43,064 nucleotides of DNA. Source: Elsinoe ampelina. Lineage: Eukaryota. A program made the translations under genes and the position numbers. The DNA lies in the NCBI GenBank assembly GCA_010093995.1, contig ML992502.1, forward strand, positions 2,674,728 through 2,717,791, in the 5' to 3' direction. The notes under the pieces were generated by a model. It made no database searches. It worked only from the letters and a program-made list of their open reading frames with translations, and was not told the origin of the DNA. Below are positions 21,138 through 35,458 of this stretch, one piece after another. Numbering within the stretch: position 1 is the stretch's first letter; each line of letters opens with the position of its first letter.

Positions 21138-23057
21138 TTAAATAAGTTTAATACTAAGACCTAGTAAAAACTCTTTACTACTACTATAACTACTCTATAC
21201 TATATATATACTACTTCGAGTTAGATAAACTAAGTCTAGTTTAGTAGCCGAACTAGATTAATATTTATCTTAGCCGCTAAGCTAGTTAAATCGTCTATTG
21301 CGCTATATAAATTAATATTTATATTAGCTACTATAAACTAGGTAAAAGTGCCTATTTCGACTACTAAGATAGTAAGGTATCTAACTTACTTAATTCGATC
21401 TAGCTCGTATAACTATCTTAGAGTAATACTAGCGCTTAAAAGAGCTAATTTAGCTTTAAATCCGGTATAGAAGGCCTTTATTAAAGGCCTAGGTATTCCT
21501 CTACCTATCTAAGTATATACCTCTTACACTGTCGAGATTATAATTCTCCTTCTTTAGCTTAAATTTAACCTAATCTAGTACCTAAATATCCCTTTTAAAG
21601 CTTCTCTTTCTCTTTATCTACTTAAAGAATTTAGTTAAAACTTTATAAGGGTTAGTCTTAGAGGTAATAGGTAAGGATCTTAAGTCGTTTATAGGCCCTA
21701 AGCGCTACTATAGCTAGTAAGGAGTAATCGAGTTTGTAATATTAATATAGTTAATAGGTGTTAGAGAGAGTACAAAAGGCACTAAAGACGCTAAAGGCGT
21801 TAGTGTTAGTAGTGTTAGTAGAGCGCTTTTAATACTCCTCGAGGCCTTTAAGTAATTAAGGCTTAATATAAGGCCTATAGAAGAACGATTAATAGTAGCT
21901 TTACTATCGCGAATAGTAGTAGTCTAGGTATACTTATCCTCTATTATAATCTAGTAGTACTTACTATTTAACGTACGCTAGTATAACCTCTTATAGTTAT
22001 AGTAATTACAATTAGTGTAAGTCTATACTAACTCTAATAGAGGCTCCTTATTGCTATTTACGCCCTCGAGCGTACTATATAATTAGCTCGTTACTAAGCC
22101 TCGACCTTATAATAGTAGCGCTAGCTACACTACCTATAAAGATAGTAGTATTACACTAGCTACTAGAGTCTATACTGTCCTTACTAGCGTCGATCTAAGG
22201 GAGAATTACTATAAAAGCAGCAGTAGTAGACCTATTAAAGAGTTTAGAACTAGCATAGTTAAAGGTAGTTATATAACTCTTAAATTTACTATAGAGTTTA
22301 TAGCTGTTAGTATCTTCTTTATCTCGGTAGTAAGGCTAAGCCTAAGCTACTAGTAATCCTTAGTAAGCTAATCTTCGAGCTTATTAACTAGCCTCTATAT
22401 CTTAGCTAGCTCTAATATCGCTACTCTAAATAGCTACTATATACTAAGACGCTTATAGGTAGTAGCGTAATTAAGTAAAAGTAGCTTAAGTATAGCTTAA
22501 GTAATAAGACTACTCTTCTCTACTGCCTAATTAGCTAGTACTAACTACGATAGATTACTCGGCTAGCTAAATATATGCTTATTATAGTATAGAGTCTTAC
22601 TTCCGAGCTTTACTACTAGCCTTACCTCTACTATCTAACTAAGATAGAGCATATCTAAGTCGCTAGAATCGGTCTCTAGTAACTCCGGCACTTACGACAA
22701 CTATAGTACCTCTATTACCTATATATCTAGCTCTTTCTCCGGTGCTATATTCGACTTAATCGACTGCCTTAGCTAGTCTAGTATAGGTGTTAGAAACCTT
22801 AATTAAAGAGACAGCTACTAAGATCCAGCTTATAAAGGTAGTATAACTTAGTTTATAGCTTGCTCTATAAGCCTCTAAAGAGCTAAGTTAGCAAATACAA
22901 CCTCTAGATAAGGTGCTACCTACGCTAGCGCTAGTATATAGCTCTTTAGCTAGATAGTTAGACTATAACAAAGGTTATCTAGTACCTTCTCTAACGAGCT
23001 TAAGGAGTGCCTTAAAGAAGAAGAGACTAGCAGTAACAACGGAGGAGTAGAGGATAT
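21138..23057 (-). pseudogene. Putative cargo ORF of the Tc1 element (~640 codons), convergent with the transposase
   Basis: One minus-strand frame gives protein-like de-RIP sequence: Ser/Pro-rich N-terminus, a coiled-coil stretch, a Cys/Trp segment, and the helical block DPYEVLxEFFEWMKRKR...ENYDLDSVR...EGLLHRIRSQISSFK. Boundaries are inferred. Confidence 0.5.
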
Positions 23058-23339
23058 TATAATTGCCTCCTATACTACCCTTAAAGGTTTCTTTATATAG
23101 CTAGAGCAATAGTTAGTTATAGAAGAAGAACACTTATAAGCTATAATTTAGTAACGTTAGTATATACTAACTAGTCTATTACACCTTTTTTCAGCTTTAA
23201 TTTTATTTAAATAGATAGCATTATTAAGCTATTCGACTCTATATTCTCTCTAGACCTCTAGCTAGCTAATTTTAGTAAGTAGAAGTTAGTAAAGAGTACT
23301 ACTAAGCCTAGAGTAGCTTAGTTAAACTTAAAACAACTA

Positions 23340-24447
23340 TAATAGATAAGAATCTTAAGTCGTTTATAGGCTCTAAGTACTACTATAGCTAGTAAGGAGT
23401 AATTAAGTTTATAATATTAATATAGTTAATAGGTATTAGAGAAAGTATAAAAGGCGCTAAAGACACTAAAGGTATTAATATTAGTAGTATTAGTAGAGCA
23501 CTTTTAACACTTCTTAAGGCCTTTAAGTAATTAAGGCTTAATATAAGGCCTATAGAAGAACAATTAATAGTAGCTTTACTATTATAAATAGTAGTAGCCT
23601 AGATATACTTATTCTCCGTTATAATCTAGTAGTACTTACTAGTTAATATACGCTAGTATAATCTCTTATAGTTATAGTAATTATAATTAGTATAAGTCTA
23701 TACTAACTCTAATAGAGACTTCTTATTGCTATTTATACTCTCGAGTATACTATATAATTAGCTTATTACCGAGCCTTAATCTTATAATAGTAGTACTAGC
23801 TATATTACTTATAAAGATAGTAGTATTATACTAGCTACTAGAGTCTATACTATCCTTACTAGCGTCGATCTAAGGGAGAATTACTATAAAGGTAGTAGTA
23901 GTAGACCTATTAAAGAGCTTAGAACTAGTATAGTTAAAGGTAGTTATATAACTCTTAAATTTACTATAGAGTTTATAGCTATTAGTACCTTCTTTATCTT
24001 AGTAGTAAGGCTAAGCCTAAGCTACTAGTAATCCTTAGTAAGCTAATCTTTAAGCTTATTAACTAGCCTCTATATCTTAGCTAGCTTTAATATTACTACT
24101 CTAAATAGCTACTATATACTAAGACGCTTATAGGTAGTAGTATAATTAAGTAAAAGAGGCTTAAGTATAGCTTAAGTAATAAAACTACTCTTCTCTACTA
24201 CCTAATTAGCTAGTACTAACTATAATAGATTACTTAGCTAGCTAAATATATACTTATTATAGTATAGAGTCTTACTTCTAAGCTTTACTACTAGTTTTAC
24301 CTCTACTATTTAACTAATATAAGGTATATCTAAGTTACTAGAATTAGTCTCTAGTAACTCTAGTACTTATAATAACTATAGTATCTCTATTACTTATATA
24401 TCTAGCTCTTCCTCTAGTACTATATCTAACTTAATTAACTACTTTAG
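23340..24447 (+). mobile_element. Tc1 copy A, third fragment
   Basis: Colinear with 21665-22772 of copy B and broken at 24447 by the Gypsy family 2 LTR. Confidence 0.9.
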
Positions 24448-24647
24448 TAATTATAACTAGTAAGATAAGAAGTTAATTATATCTATTTATTAAGATATCG
24501 AGACTTAGAAGAAGAAGAAGAAAGCTAGTATATAAAGCATATATAATATTAAGAGTAGAGCGGCTAGAAGCCTAGGCTATAATACTAAGATTATATAACT
24601 AATCTAAACTAGATCCTAACTAAATCTAGTTTGTAATCTATCTTATA
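24448..24647 (-). repeat. 3' LTR of Gypsy family 2 (~200 bp)
   Basis: Repeated at 37518-37679 and followed by a pyrimidine tract (PPT on the minus strand). Exact ends are blurred by RIP. Confidence 0.75.
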
Positions 24648-27600
24648 TTACTACTTTTCCTCTTAAATGTATTTACTCTTAAATACTATTATACATTATT
24701 TATCGATCTATCTTAGCCTTAGCTTATCCCTATAAGAGTCTAGATAGTTACGTAGCACGTTAGCTACTTCTTTAAGATTGTTAATTAGCTACTAGGTAAG
24801 ATTCTCTAGATATTCTTTCTAGCTTACGTAGGCGACTAGCCTACTATATAGTATACATATATTAATTATGTCGTCTACCTCGTATTTCTCTTTACTATCG
24901 ACTTTTACTAGAGGTGGTTTATTAAAGGCTTAGCCTAGTAGAGAGTTATTTAGATACTTAGTAAGAAGGTTAGCGTAGAACACTAAGTAGATCCTTTATA
25001 GCGTAGCTAGTAGATTAAGCTTATATACTAGCGGTAATTGTTTCTTAAGGATCTTATAGAGACTAACATGCTTTAGTAGTAGCTTTAGATTACTCTATAG
25101 CTAGAGGTTCTTTGTTAATAGCTAAACTAAATTACCTACCTTAAACTCTATTAGCTAGCGGTACTTATTAGCTTATTCTACTATCCGTAACTAGGTAATA
25201 GCAAGGTTAGCCTTAGTAATAGCTAGTGCCTCTTCTAGTTACTTAGTAAGTGTGTAGATGTCGACTTTATTTAGCTTAGCTCTTGTTAATAGTACGTCGA
25301 AAGGAGGCTAGAAGCTTAGCCTTAGCTTATATCCTCTATTAACCTTAAATAGCGACAATTTAGTACTCTCTAAAGAACTAGCGTTAGTAGAGAATTTAGT
25401 AACTAGTAGAACAAGAGTTTAATTACTAAAACGTGTTATATACGAATAGATAACTCGCTTAAATTTATAATTTATAACCTCTAACTAGCTATCTATTTAT
25501 AGGTGTCCTATAGTAGATAGTTTAGTAGTAATCTTTAGGATCTAGTATAGCCTTTTCTATACGTCGCTAACGAACTAAGAGCTATAGTCGAAGGTAATAC
25601 TATCTAGTAGACTATATAGTTTCTATACGTAGAAGAATAATAGCTTAGTAGTCTCGAACGCTAAGGTCTCTCTATCTCTAGAGAAGTAAGGAATTAAGTG
25701 TCGTTCTTTAGATAAACAATTAACGATATAAAGTACTACGTTATAGCTATTAGCTAAGGGTAGACTAGTAACAAAGTCTATTATAATATGTTACTAGGGC
25801 CTCTCCGGAATAGGTAAAGGCAATAGAAGGCTAGCTAGTAAGCTATAGTAAGCCTTTAAGTATTTATAGTTATAGTAATTAGTAACGAACCTCTTAATAA
25901 AGTTGTCGTAGCCTAGGATAAAAAAGGTAGTCTTAATTATAGTAGCTATTTTAGTAGCTCTAGTATATATATAGTTCTTTAATATATAGACCTCTTAGAT
26001 AACCTTTATAGCTATTAACTACGGTACGAATAGTTAGCTAGCGACCTATAACATTCCTTTATTAATAGTAATATTAGTTAATAGTAGCTATTTCCTCTTT
26101 AGGAAGGCTTCTATTATATAGTAGATGCCTCGAGCTAACTTAAACTTAGTGTCTTATAAGTTAGCCTTAGCTACCTTATTAAAAAGAGGTAAAGGCTCTT
26201 CTATAGTCGAAATAGGTACTATATAGATGCCTAGTTTAGTAGCCGAAATAGGCGCCGATATAGGTAGCGAAATAGAAGGTAAACTAGGAGGTAAAATAAA
26301 TAATAAACTAAATAGTAAACTAGTTCGCGAACTAGATACTAAACTAGATCTTAGTTCGGCTTAGATTAGTAATCTAGTTCGGATATAACCTAGATTTAGT
26401 TCGTTAATAATATACTAATCTAGCACCTTATATAGTAGTAGTATCTAGCGTAGATTAGAGTCTTCTTTCGAATATAGTATATCTCTATTTCTTCTCGTAA
26501 GTATATTAGCCTTACTATTAGTAGCGCTAGGCCTATATATAATCTTAAAGTTAAACTACGTAAGGTAGAGAGCCTAGTATACTTAGTAGCGTAATAGCTT
26601 CTAAGTCTTTATAAAGTATATTAAGAATTAGTAGTTAGTAAGAACATAGATAGCCTTATTAGATTAAGTACTTATAAGCTTAGGGGCCTACTCCTCGAAG
26701 GCTTAGACGATAGCTAGTAGTTCCTTGTCGTAGATAGCGTAGTTATATTTAGCTTTATTTATAAATTTACTAAAAAAGGTAATAGGCTAAAGAATATTAG
26801 ACTTGTTATATTATAATAGAATTCTAGCAGTAGTAGTATCGGAGGTGTCTATCTTAAAAACTATCTATTTCGAGTAATTAAAGTATATAAGGATAGGTAT
26901 ACTTATAATAGTATACTTTATATAATTAAATATAGTAGTATACTTATCGTTCTATAGTATAGTATCCTTCTTAAGTAGATTATTTAGTAGCTTAGTAATA
27001 GTACTAAATCTCTTAATAAAATAGTAATAGTAGCTATAGAAACTAATAAAGCTTCTTACCTAAGTAGTATTACTAGGGGCTAGCTATTTCTACACCTATA
27101 TAGCTTCTACCTTCTTAAGATCTATCTTAACTCTATCTTAGCTAATAATAATACTAAGATACTTTACTTCTATTAGGTAGAACTTACTCTTTTTAATATT
27201 AGTATTTAAGTCTAATTTATAGAGCTACTAGAGTACTAGCTTAATATACTTAGTATACTCTCTATAAGTACTATTAGTATAAATAAGAATATTATTAAGA
27301 TAGATTAACACGAAACGCTCTAGTATATTAATAAAGTTATAATTTATAAACCTCTACTATACTATAGAGGCGTTAGTAAGACTAAATAGTATTACTAACT
27401 ACTTAAAGTTACCTATATATATAGAGAATATAGTAAGATCTTTACTATTAACAGAGTTATAGAGGTAGTAGAAGGCTTAATAGATATTAATCTTACTAAA
27501 CTATTTAGCCTTACTTATATACGTAAGTGTTTCTTTAGTAAGAAGTAGAGAATAAATATCTTACTTAGTTACCTTATTAAGGCTATAGTAGTTAATATAG

Positions 27601-28443
27601 AAATAGAGTTCTCTACCTAGCTTATAAACAAAAAGAATAGATAAGAAATAGCTAGTAGAGTTTAGTATAATAAAGTCTTTATTAAGGTGTTTATAGATAA
27701 ATTACTCTACTATATTAAGCTCCTTAGGGAATAGGCGCTATAGAAGTTCTATACGTAGTAGTTTAGTACTATTCTTAAGTATAATCTAGTTATTAAATTC
27801 TAACCGATATAGAGGAAGAGTATTAGATTATTCTTTAGAGAAGACATTAGTAAATTCGTATAGCTCTTCTAAAAGAACTACTATAGGATCTAGTTCTAGC
27901 TTAGAGGCTATCTAGTAGTAGTCTTTAATATTCTTTATTAAGATTATAAATACCTTATTCTCTTAGTATTTAGCTACTAATATAAAGGTAGCTATACTAA
28001 TAAAGGTAATAGTTAGCTCTTTCTATTTAGTATTACTTACGTAGGTAGGTAAGTAGAAGAACTTATATATTAACTAAGTACTATAGGAGATTAGCTTAAA
28101 CTCTCCCTAATTTAGCTTAAAGTTCGACCTAAGAGCTAGTAGCCGATATAGTCTAGTTTATTCTAACTTAGTAGCTAAGCTAACCTAGAACTAAACTAGT
28201 TCTAAACTAGGGTAGCAGCTTTGCCGAGCTAGATTTCTAGATCCGAGCTAGGCTTAGATCTAGATCCTAGTCTTTTAATTAGCTATAGTAGCTTCTACTT
28301 AATAACGACTAGTAAAAACTCTTCTTTGTATATAACTTAGCTATACTTATAGTTAATAGTAGCCCTATTAGCTTTAAGCTAGCCGAGGCTAAGAATAATA
28401 TTAAAACAGCTAACATCTATAATATAAAAGGTAGTAAGAGTAT

Positions 28444-31400
28444 TATTACGAACTAGTAGGACAGCTAGAGCGTAGAGACGTTAGGACTAATTAAACTACT
28501 AAGGTTATTACATAACCTAACTCGACATTTACCTAGTTCTCTATCTTCTCTAGTAGCTCTACTCTAGAAACTATAGAGCGTATAGGTTACTAGCGGACAA
28601 GTACTCTATATTACTCCCGACTCTTACTATAGAGTATATAGAGCATATAGAGTACGTAGCAAAGAATATATATATATAGGAATAGTCCTTACCTTATATA
28701 AGTACTATAGTTAACCTTGTCTAGATAGTAAACACTAGTATTACTAAGGCTAGCCTTTATAATACTATCTAATTATACTTTATTATCTATAAGATATACC
28801 TTCTTTAACTCTTACCTTAGTGCTATACTACTATAGAAGTAGAACTACCTCGTTCTTAGCTTAGCTTAGACTACTAGTGTAAACTATATTTAGACGGTTT
28901 ATAACACTTTAACTACCCTTACTATAGTATAGTACGCTATAAGGTTAATAAGTAACTCTTACTCTAAGTTACTATTAGTATCTTTAATTGCTAGTAAGCT
29001 AGGAAAGCTTACTATTAATAATATATCTACTACTAGTTTAACCTTAGGTAAACATAGAAGGTCTCTTAGTATAGGGGAAGGATAAAGCAGGCCTAAGTTA
29101 GAAGTAGAACTCTTCTATAGGGACTACGCCTACTTAAGGTACTTCCTTATTTAACTTAAGACCTTCTTTACTCTAGAGAGAGATAAGTATACTAATAACG
29201 TAGTAAAGGTCCTCTATACTAGGATATACCTTAAAGGCGCTACCTTCGAGTAGTTTAAGCCTTATATAAGTAGCTACCTAGATAGATAACTAAGCCTAGA
29301 TATAAAGGCTATCTTTAAGAGCTTTAGTATCTTCTAGGTAAAGATTAAGTAAGTCTTTAATATATCTAATAAAGAACGCATTACTATAATAAAGATCTAA
29401 TAACTATAATAACGTAGGTCTATAGCCTAGTACTATTCCTAGTTCTAACAACTTGTAATATACCTAGACTAGGATAATAGTACTAAACATTTAGTATTCT
29501 ACTAAGGACTAAGTAACTCGGTTAAAGACTAGATAATACCTAAGCTACCTAATAGCCTTTAAGAACTAGTAGATACTATAATTACTATTAATAACTAACT
29601 TTATAAACGACATATAGAGCGTTATAGAGAATATAAGGTAAACACTAGATATATATATTTCTCCCGAAACTATAGAGACTCTATAGAACTTAACGCTATA
29701 TACGAAGGTTGCCCCTTATAGGTATAAGGCTAAGGCTACAGAGGAAAGTTCCTTAGTAGAAAAGAGAAAGAGAAGTATAGATAAGACAATCTATGTTTTA
29801 AATATAAAAGACCTAGATATTTGGCTAGGGACTATTAATAAGAGATACTAGCTAATAGATTATATATAATAGTTACCGGGCTAGTAGAGAAAAAGGCTAA
29901 TACTACTATAGAAGACCTAATAACCTTTAGCGTAGATAAGGAAATATAGAAGGAGTCTATAATAACTTAAAAGGTAATAGAACTCTCTCTAGATATTACG
30001 CTTAATATCTCTATAACTAATAGCAAATAACAAAGCTAATACGCAACGCTATTATAGATAGTATATTATAATAACTCTTATTATATTTACTTATTAGACA
30101 AGTAAGAATCTAGTTAGTTTCTATATAAGCTACTTAAGCGTAGGTAACTAATAAAATAGCTAGACTAGAAGTTTAACCTAGAAGAGCTTTCTATAATTAG
30201 TAGTAATATTAACTAACCTTAGAAGGTAGTTAGCGACAACTACTAATATATAATTATTAAAACGAAGTATTAGGACGTAAGTACTATATAATAATATAGT
30301 AACTTTACCTTTAGCTCTTATAGCGAACTATAAGGAAAAGCGTATTATATGTCGCTTTAGAAATATACAAATCTAGATTATAAATAGTACTATACTATCT
30401 ACTTATATAATATACTTAGAGAAGACACTATTAGTCTTAAATATACTATAGACTTCTTAGTAATTAAAATAGATAGTACTATCTTCTATAGCTAAGTACA
30501 AGAGTGTACTTAGTATAGCCTTACTAACTATAACTATACTAGAGGTAGTAGCGATAAAGAGAAATATAATAAGAAATACACTAAATAACTATAGTATAAC
30601 AATATAGATAAGAACTTATTTAACAACAATAATATACTACTACTAAGTAGACAACTTAAAGTATACCTTATAAAGATATAGAGGAATTATATAATAATAT
30701 ATACCTACTACTAGAATAGGACATAATAAGACAAATCTATATAACTTGCTTTTATCTTTAATACTAATACCTAGCTATACCTAGAAGGAATAGTTATACT
30801 AATATAGGTATACGACACTACTTAGTATAACTAGTAAAGAATTATTAGACTTTATAGTTACTAAGGGACTTAGGCGCTAGAAGTTTACCTTACTATATTA
30901 AATAATAACAAAACATAACTTACCTAATAGATATAGTACTAATAGTAGATACGTATAGGAAGGGATTAGCTACTTATCTAAGGAGCTATAATAATAAAAA
31001 ACTAGCTAGTTATTGCCTAATAAGGCAAGATAATAACACTAGCTAAAGCCTTAATATAATAAAGATCTATATGTTAAATTACTTTATACTAGAAGTCTAG
31101 ATATAAAGAAATAAGGTAAGAGTAATAATAGATTTAGAAGCTAACTATAGCTACGTCTCTATAATAGTTACTAATTAGCTTAAACCTTATTAATACTAGA
31201 AGAAGTTACCTTACCTACTTACTATAGTAGATAGAACCTTTATAGGAAAAGATAGGAAAGTTACTTAGGAACTATAAGACGTTATAATTAAAATTAAAAC
31301 ACATATAGAAAAACAATTAATCGATATAGTAGATATATAGTATAATATAGTACTTAGTATAGACTAGCTTTAATAACACAATCTAGACGTAGACTAGATT

Positions 31401-34400
31401 AAAGAAATACTTGAATTTCCTAAGTATAATTATAGAACGTAGGAAGTATAATTAGCTCCGCGGATACTAACTATAAGGATAGTATAGGTATAACTAATAG
31501 TTAGAGCTATTACTAGCGTAAGTAATTAAGTACTTCTACTAGAATATAAAGACTTTAAGGACTTATTTAAAGAAAGGAAAAGTATTATAGCCTTACTCTA
31601 ATATAAACTATAGAATTATAAAATACTCTTTAAAGAGAGTAAATCCCTAATACACTATTAAGGTCTTATACTACTATTAAAATAAGAGAAGAACGTCCTT
31701 AAGAACTACATCGATAAGTACCTACTTAAAGAATTTATATAACTATTAAAATTACCTATTATATACAAAGTACTTTTTATACCTAAAAAGAATAAGATAT
31801 TATAAATATACATTAATTACTAGAAACTTAATACACTTACTAGGAAGAATTACTATTTCCTACTAAGGATTAATAAACTTTAAGACTAACTACTTAGAGC
31901 TAAATAGTTTACTATAATTAACATTAGGGATGCCTATTATTAAGTATAAATAAAGAAGAGCAAGAAGTAAAAAACAGCTTTTAGAACGTAATAGAGTTTA
32001 TATAAGTACCTCGTTATGCTCTTTAAATTAACTAACGCCTCTATAACCTTCTAAGAGTTAATTAATAATACTCTACGAGAATACCTTAATAACTTTATCT
32101 TAGCATATTTAGACAATATTATTATCTTCTTAAAGATGTATAATAAATATATAAGACATATTTATAAGGTGCTATAGAAACTAAAAGAAAAAGACTTACT
32201 AGTAAAGCTCTCTAAGTATAAGTTTTATAAATATAAGATATAATTTCTAAGCTATATTATATCTACTAATAGTATTAGACCTAATCCGAAAAAGATTAAG
32301 TTAGTAAATAACTAGCTAGAACCTACTATAGTTAAGGAGGTTTAAGTACTACTAGGATTCTTTAACTACTACTATAAGTTTATTAAGGAGTTTTCTAAGG
32401 TAGCTATACTAATATTTAACCTTATAAAAAAGAAAACTAGCTTTATCTTTAATAAGGAATATAAGTAGGCCTTTAAGAAGCTAAAGCTTAGACTTATAAT
32501 AGTACCTATCCTAGCACTTTTCGACCTAGACTAATAAGCACTATTAGAGACAGATACCTTAGACTTTATAATAGAAGCATATCTAGCGTAGAAGAATATA
32601 GAAGAATAACACTACCTAATTATATACTACTTACGAAAAATGACTAGACCTAAACTTAACTATAATATATATAATAAGGAGTTACTTGTAATTATAGAAG
32701 TATTCCGTAAGTAGAGAGTATACCTAGAGGGAATAACCTTACCTATATAAGTCTATACCGACTATAAGAACCTATTATATTAAACAATAACTAAGGTTCT
32801 TAATAGATAATAGGTTTAATAGTTAGAAACACTTATAAGCTACAACTTTTAGATCTACTATATTAAGGAATTAAAGAATAGTAGAGTAAACGCTCTTAGC
32901 TAATAGCTAAATTACTTAAAGAATATAACAATTATAAAGGCCTCTATACTAAAGTAGCAAGATAGCGCTTTAGTCTATAAGCACTTCAAGGTAGAGTAGT
33001 TATATAGCCTTACCTAGGAGCTTATATAAGAATAGAAATAAAAAGTTATTTAAATATACTATAATAACCTAATAGCGGGACATAGTAGAATTAATAAGAC
33101 TATTAAACTTATTATATAAAACTACCTCTAGAAAGAACTCCGGAACAATATTAAGACGTATATTACTATATATAATATATGCTATAAGTCTAAGCACTTA
33201 CGACATAAGCTATATAGCCTATTATAACTCTTGCTACTACTAGACAAACTATAGCAATTAGTTACGATAGACTTTATAGGACCTCTACTACTATTAGAAG
33301 AACCTCTTATAGGTATAAAGTATAATAGTATTCTAGTCCTAGTAGATAGGTTTATAAAGTATTACTACTTTATACTATATAAGACAATAGTAACTATAGA
33401 GGATATAGCCTTTACCTTTCTCTAAATAATTATTTTATAGTATAGAGTACTACAAGATCTAATTACTAATAGGGATAAACTATTTATATTACAATTTTAG
33501 TAGTTATTTATAGACCTATTAGGAGTTAAATATAAGCTATTAATATCTTTCTACCTATAAACGGACAGACAAATAGAGTAAGCTAATTAAATACTAGAAT
33601 AATACTTATAGTATTACCTTAACTATAAATAAGACTTATAAGTATTATTACTTCTACTAGCTAAACTTGCTATTAACAATAGAAAGTTAGTAAATAGAGT
33701 ATTACTATTCTATACTAATTATAGTATATACCTAGATTTACACTATAATACACTCGGGATTAAGCTAATATCTAAAGATATAAATATACTAGTAGCTAAC
33801 ATTAAGAAACTATATAACTAGCTATACTACAATATAGTATTTATATTACAAAGAATAGCTAAATTTACTAACTAGAAGAGAATTAAGGGACTAATTCTAA
33901 GAGAGAGAGAGAAAGTTTACCTCCTTAGTAAAAATATTAAGACTAAGAGACTAAGTAAGAAACTAGACTATACTAAGCTAGAACCTTTTAAGATCCTAGA
34001 AAAGAAAAATAAAAACGTATATAAACTAGAGCTACTAAGGCATATAAGGATCTATCTAGTCTTTTATATATCTCTACTAGAGAAAGTACTATAGAACGCT
34101 ATACCCGGACCTATTAAACTAGATAAAGAGATATAGGAGCTAAGGTATAAGATTAAAAGGGTTTTATATTATAAATTTATAAAGGGAAAGTGTTACTATC
34201 TTATCTACTAGAAAGGACATTAGTATAGTAAGGTAATATAGGAACTAGAGAAATACTTTACCTTGTAAGTAATCCTAGAATACTAGACTAAAAACCTATC
34301 CTAAGTAAACTAACTAGGTAGGTCTAACGCTACTAACACTAAACAAAAACGAGAATGCCTAAGGAAAACTACTTAGCTAATAGAAGTATCCTAATTGTTA

Positions 34401-35458
34401 CTAAATAGAGAACCCTAATTAGAGTCGAGTATAAATAATTACTAATCCTATAGGAGAATAGGATTTACTAATAATAGTATTTCCTCTTACTCTAGAACTT
34501 AAATATAGATTTCCTCTAGAGAAATTACTTTCTCTACTTTATTCTCTAATTTCTATATCTCTTCGCATAGGCGAAGCTTATTACCTATAGCTCTTTAATA
34601 AGCCTCTTTTGCCTTTTTATAAGCTTCTTTAGCTTTCTTTCTAGTAGCCTTAGCTATAACTAATTCCTTTCGTAAATAAATATACTTAGACTAGAGATAC
34701 TACTATTCTAATTTTGTTACTTAAATATTATAACTCGAGTAGTTACTTATAATATACTAGCTATAAATACCTAACTAAATATAGACTTTATAGTCTAGCT
34801 CTTTTAACTTATAATAAGAATAAGCTTATAGCATATTAGTTCTAAATAACTTAATAAACTCTAAGAGATTCTTTTGTATAGATATGCTAGATTTACTATA
34901 TCTTTAATAACTAGAAGGCATATTTAGTATATAGTATATAAGGATAAGAAAGAATACTTACTTGTTAGAATAACTTAATTAAAGGAGAAAAGTAATGTTA
35001 TAAACTAGTAGAATAGCTAGAGCGTAGAGATATTAGGACTAATTAAACTACTAAGGTTATTACGTAACTTAACTCGATATTTACCTAGTTCTCTATCTTC
35101 CCTAGTAGCTCTACCTCGGAAACTATAGAGTATATAGGTTACTAGCGGACAAGTACTCTATATTACTTTTAACTCTTGCTACGAAGTACATAGAGTATAT
35201 AAAGTACATAGCAAAGAATATATATATATAGGAATAGTCCTTACCTTATATAAGTACTATAGTTAACCTTGTCTAGATAGCGAACACTAGTATTACTAAG
35301 GCTAGCCTTTATAATACTATCTAATTGTACTTTATTATCTATAAGATATACCTTCTCTAACTCTTACCTTAGTGCTATACTACTATAGAAGTAAAACTAC
35401 CTCGTTCTTAGCTTAGCTTAGACTACTAGCGTAGACTATATTTAGACAGTTCGTAACA
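28444..35458 (+). mobile_element. Gypsy family 1, copy c, full length (7015 bp), inserted in the protease region of Gypsy family 2
   Basis: 463-bp LTRs at 28444-28906 and 34996-35458, TSD AGTAT at 28439-28443 and 35459-35463, PPT AAAGGAGAAAAGTAA before 34996. Confidence 0.96.
34373..34921 (-). pseudogene. Antisense accessory ORF of Gypsy family 1, copy c
   Basis: Homologous to 13777-14325, with the same 549-bp length and ATG retained at 34921. Confidence 0.6.

Larger units (their letters stand above)
12903..23339 (+). mobile_element. Tc1/mariner copy B, complete (~3.4 kb after removing the nested Gypsy), inserted into copy A
   Basis: TIRs TAGTTGTTTTAAG (12903) and CTTAAAACAACTA (23339), with TA duplication at 12901-12902 and 23340-23341. 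The flanks rejoin as GAGG-TA-ATAG, the uninterrupted sequence seen at 21661-21670. Confidence 0.92.

Noticed and set aside
21781..23112. Plus-strand reading of the Tc1 cargo (e.g. FSDELEECLEEEE)
   Set aside because: It looks like the antisense shadow of Ser/Pro-rich codons. The minus-strand frame gives more coherent domain-like blocks, but this reading is not formally excluded.
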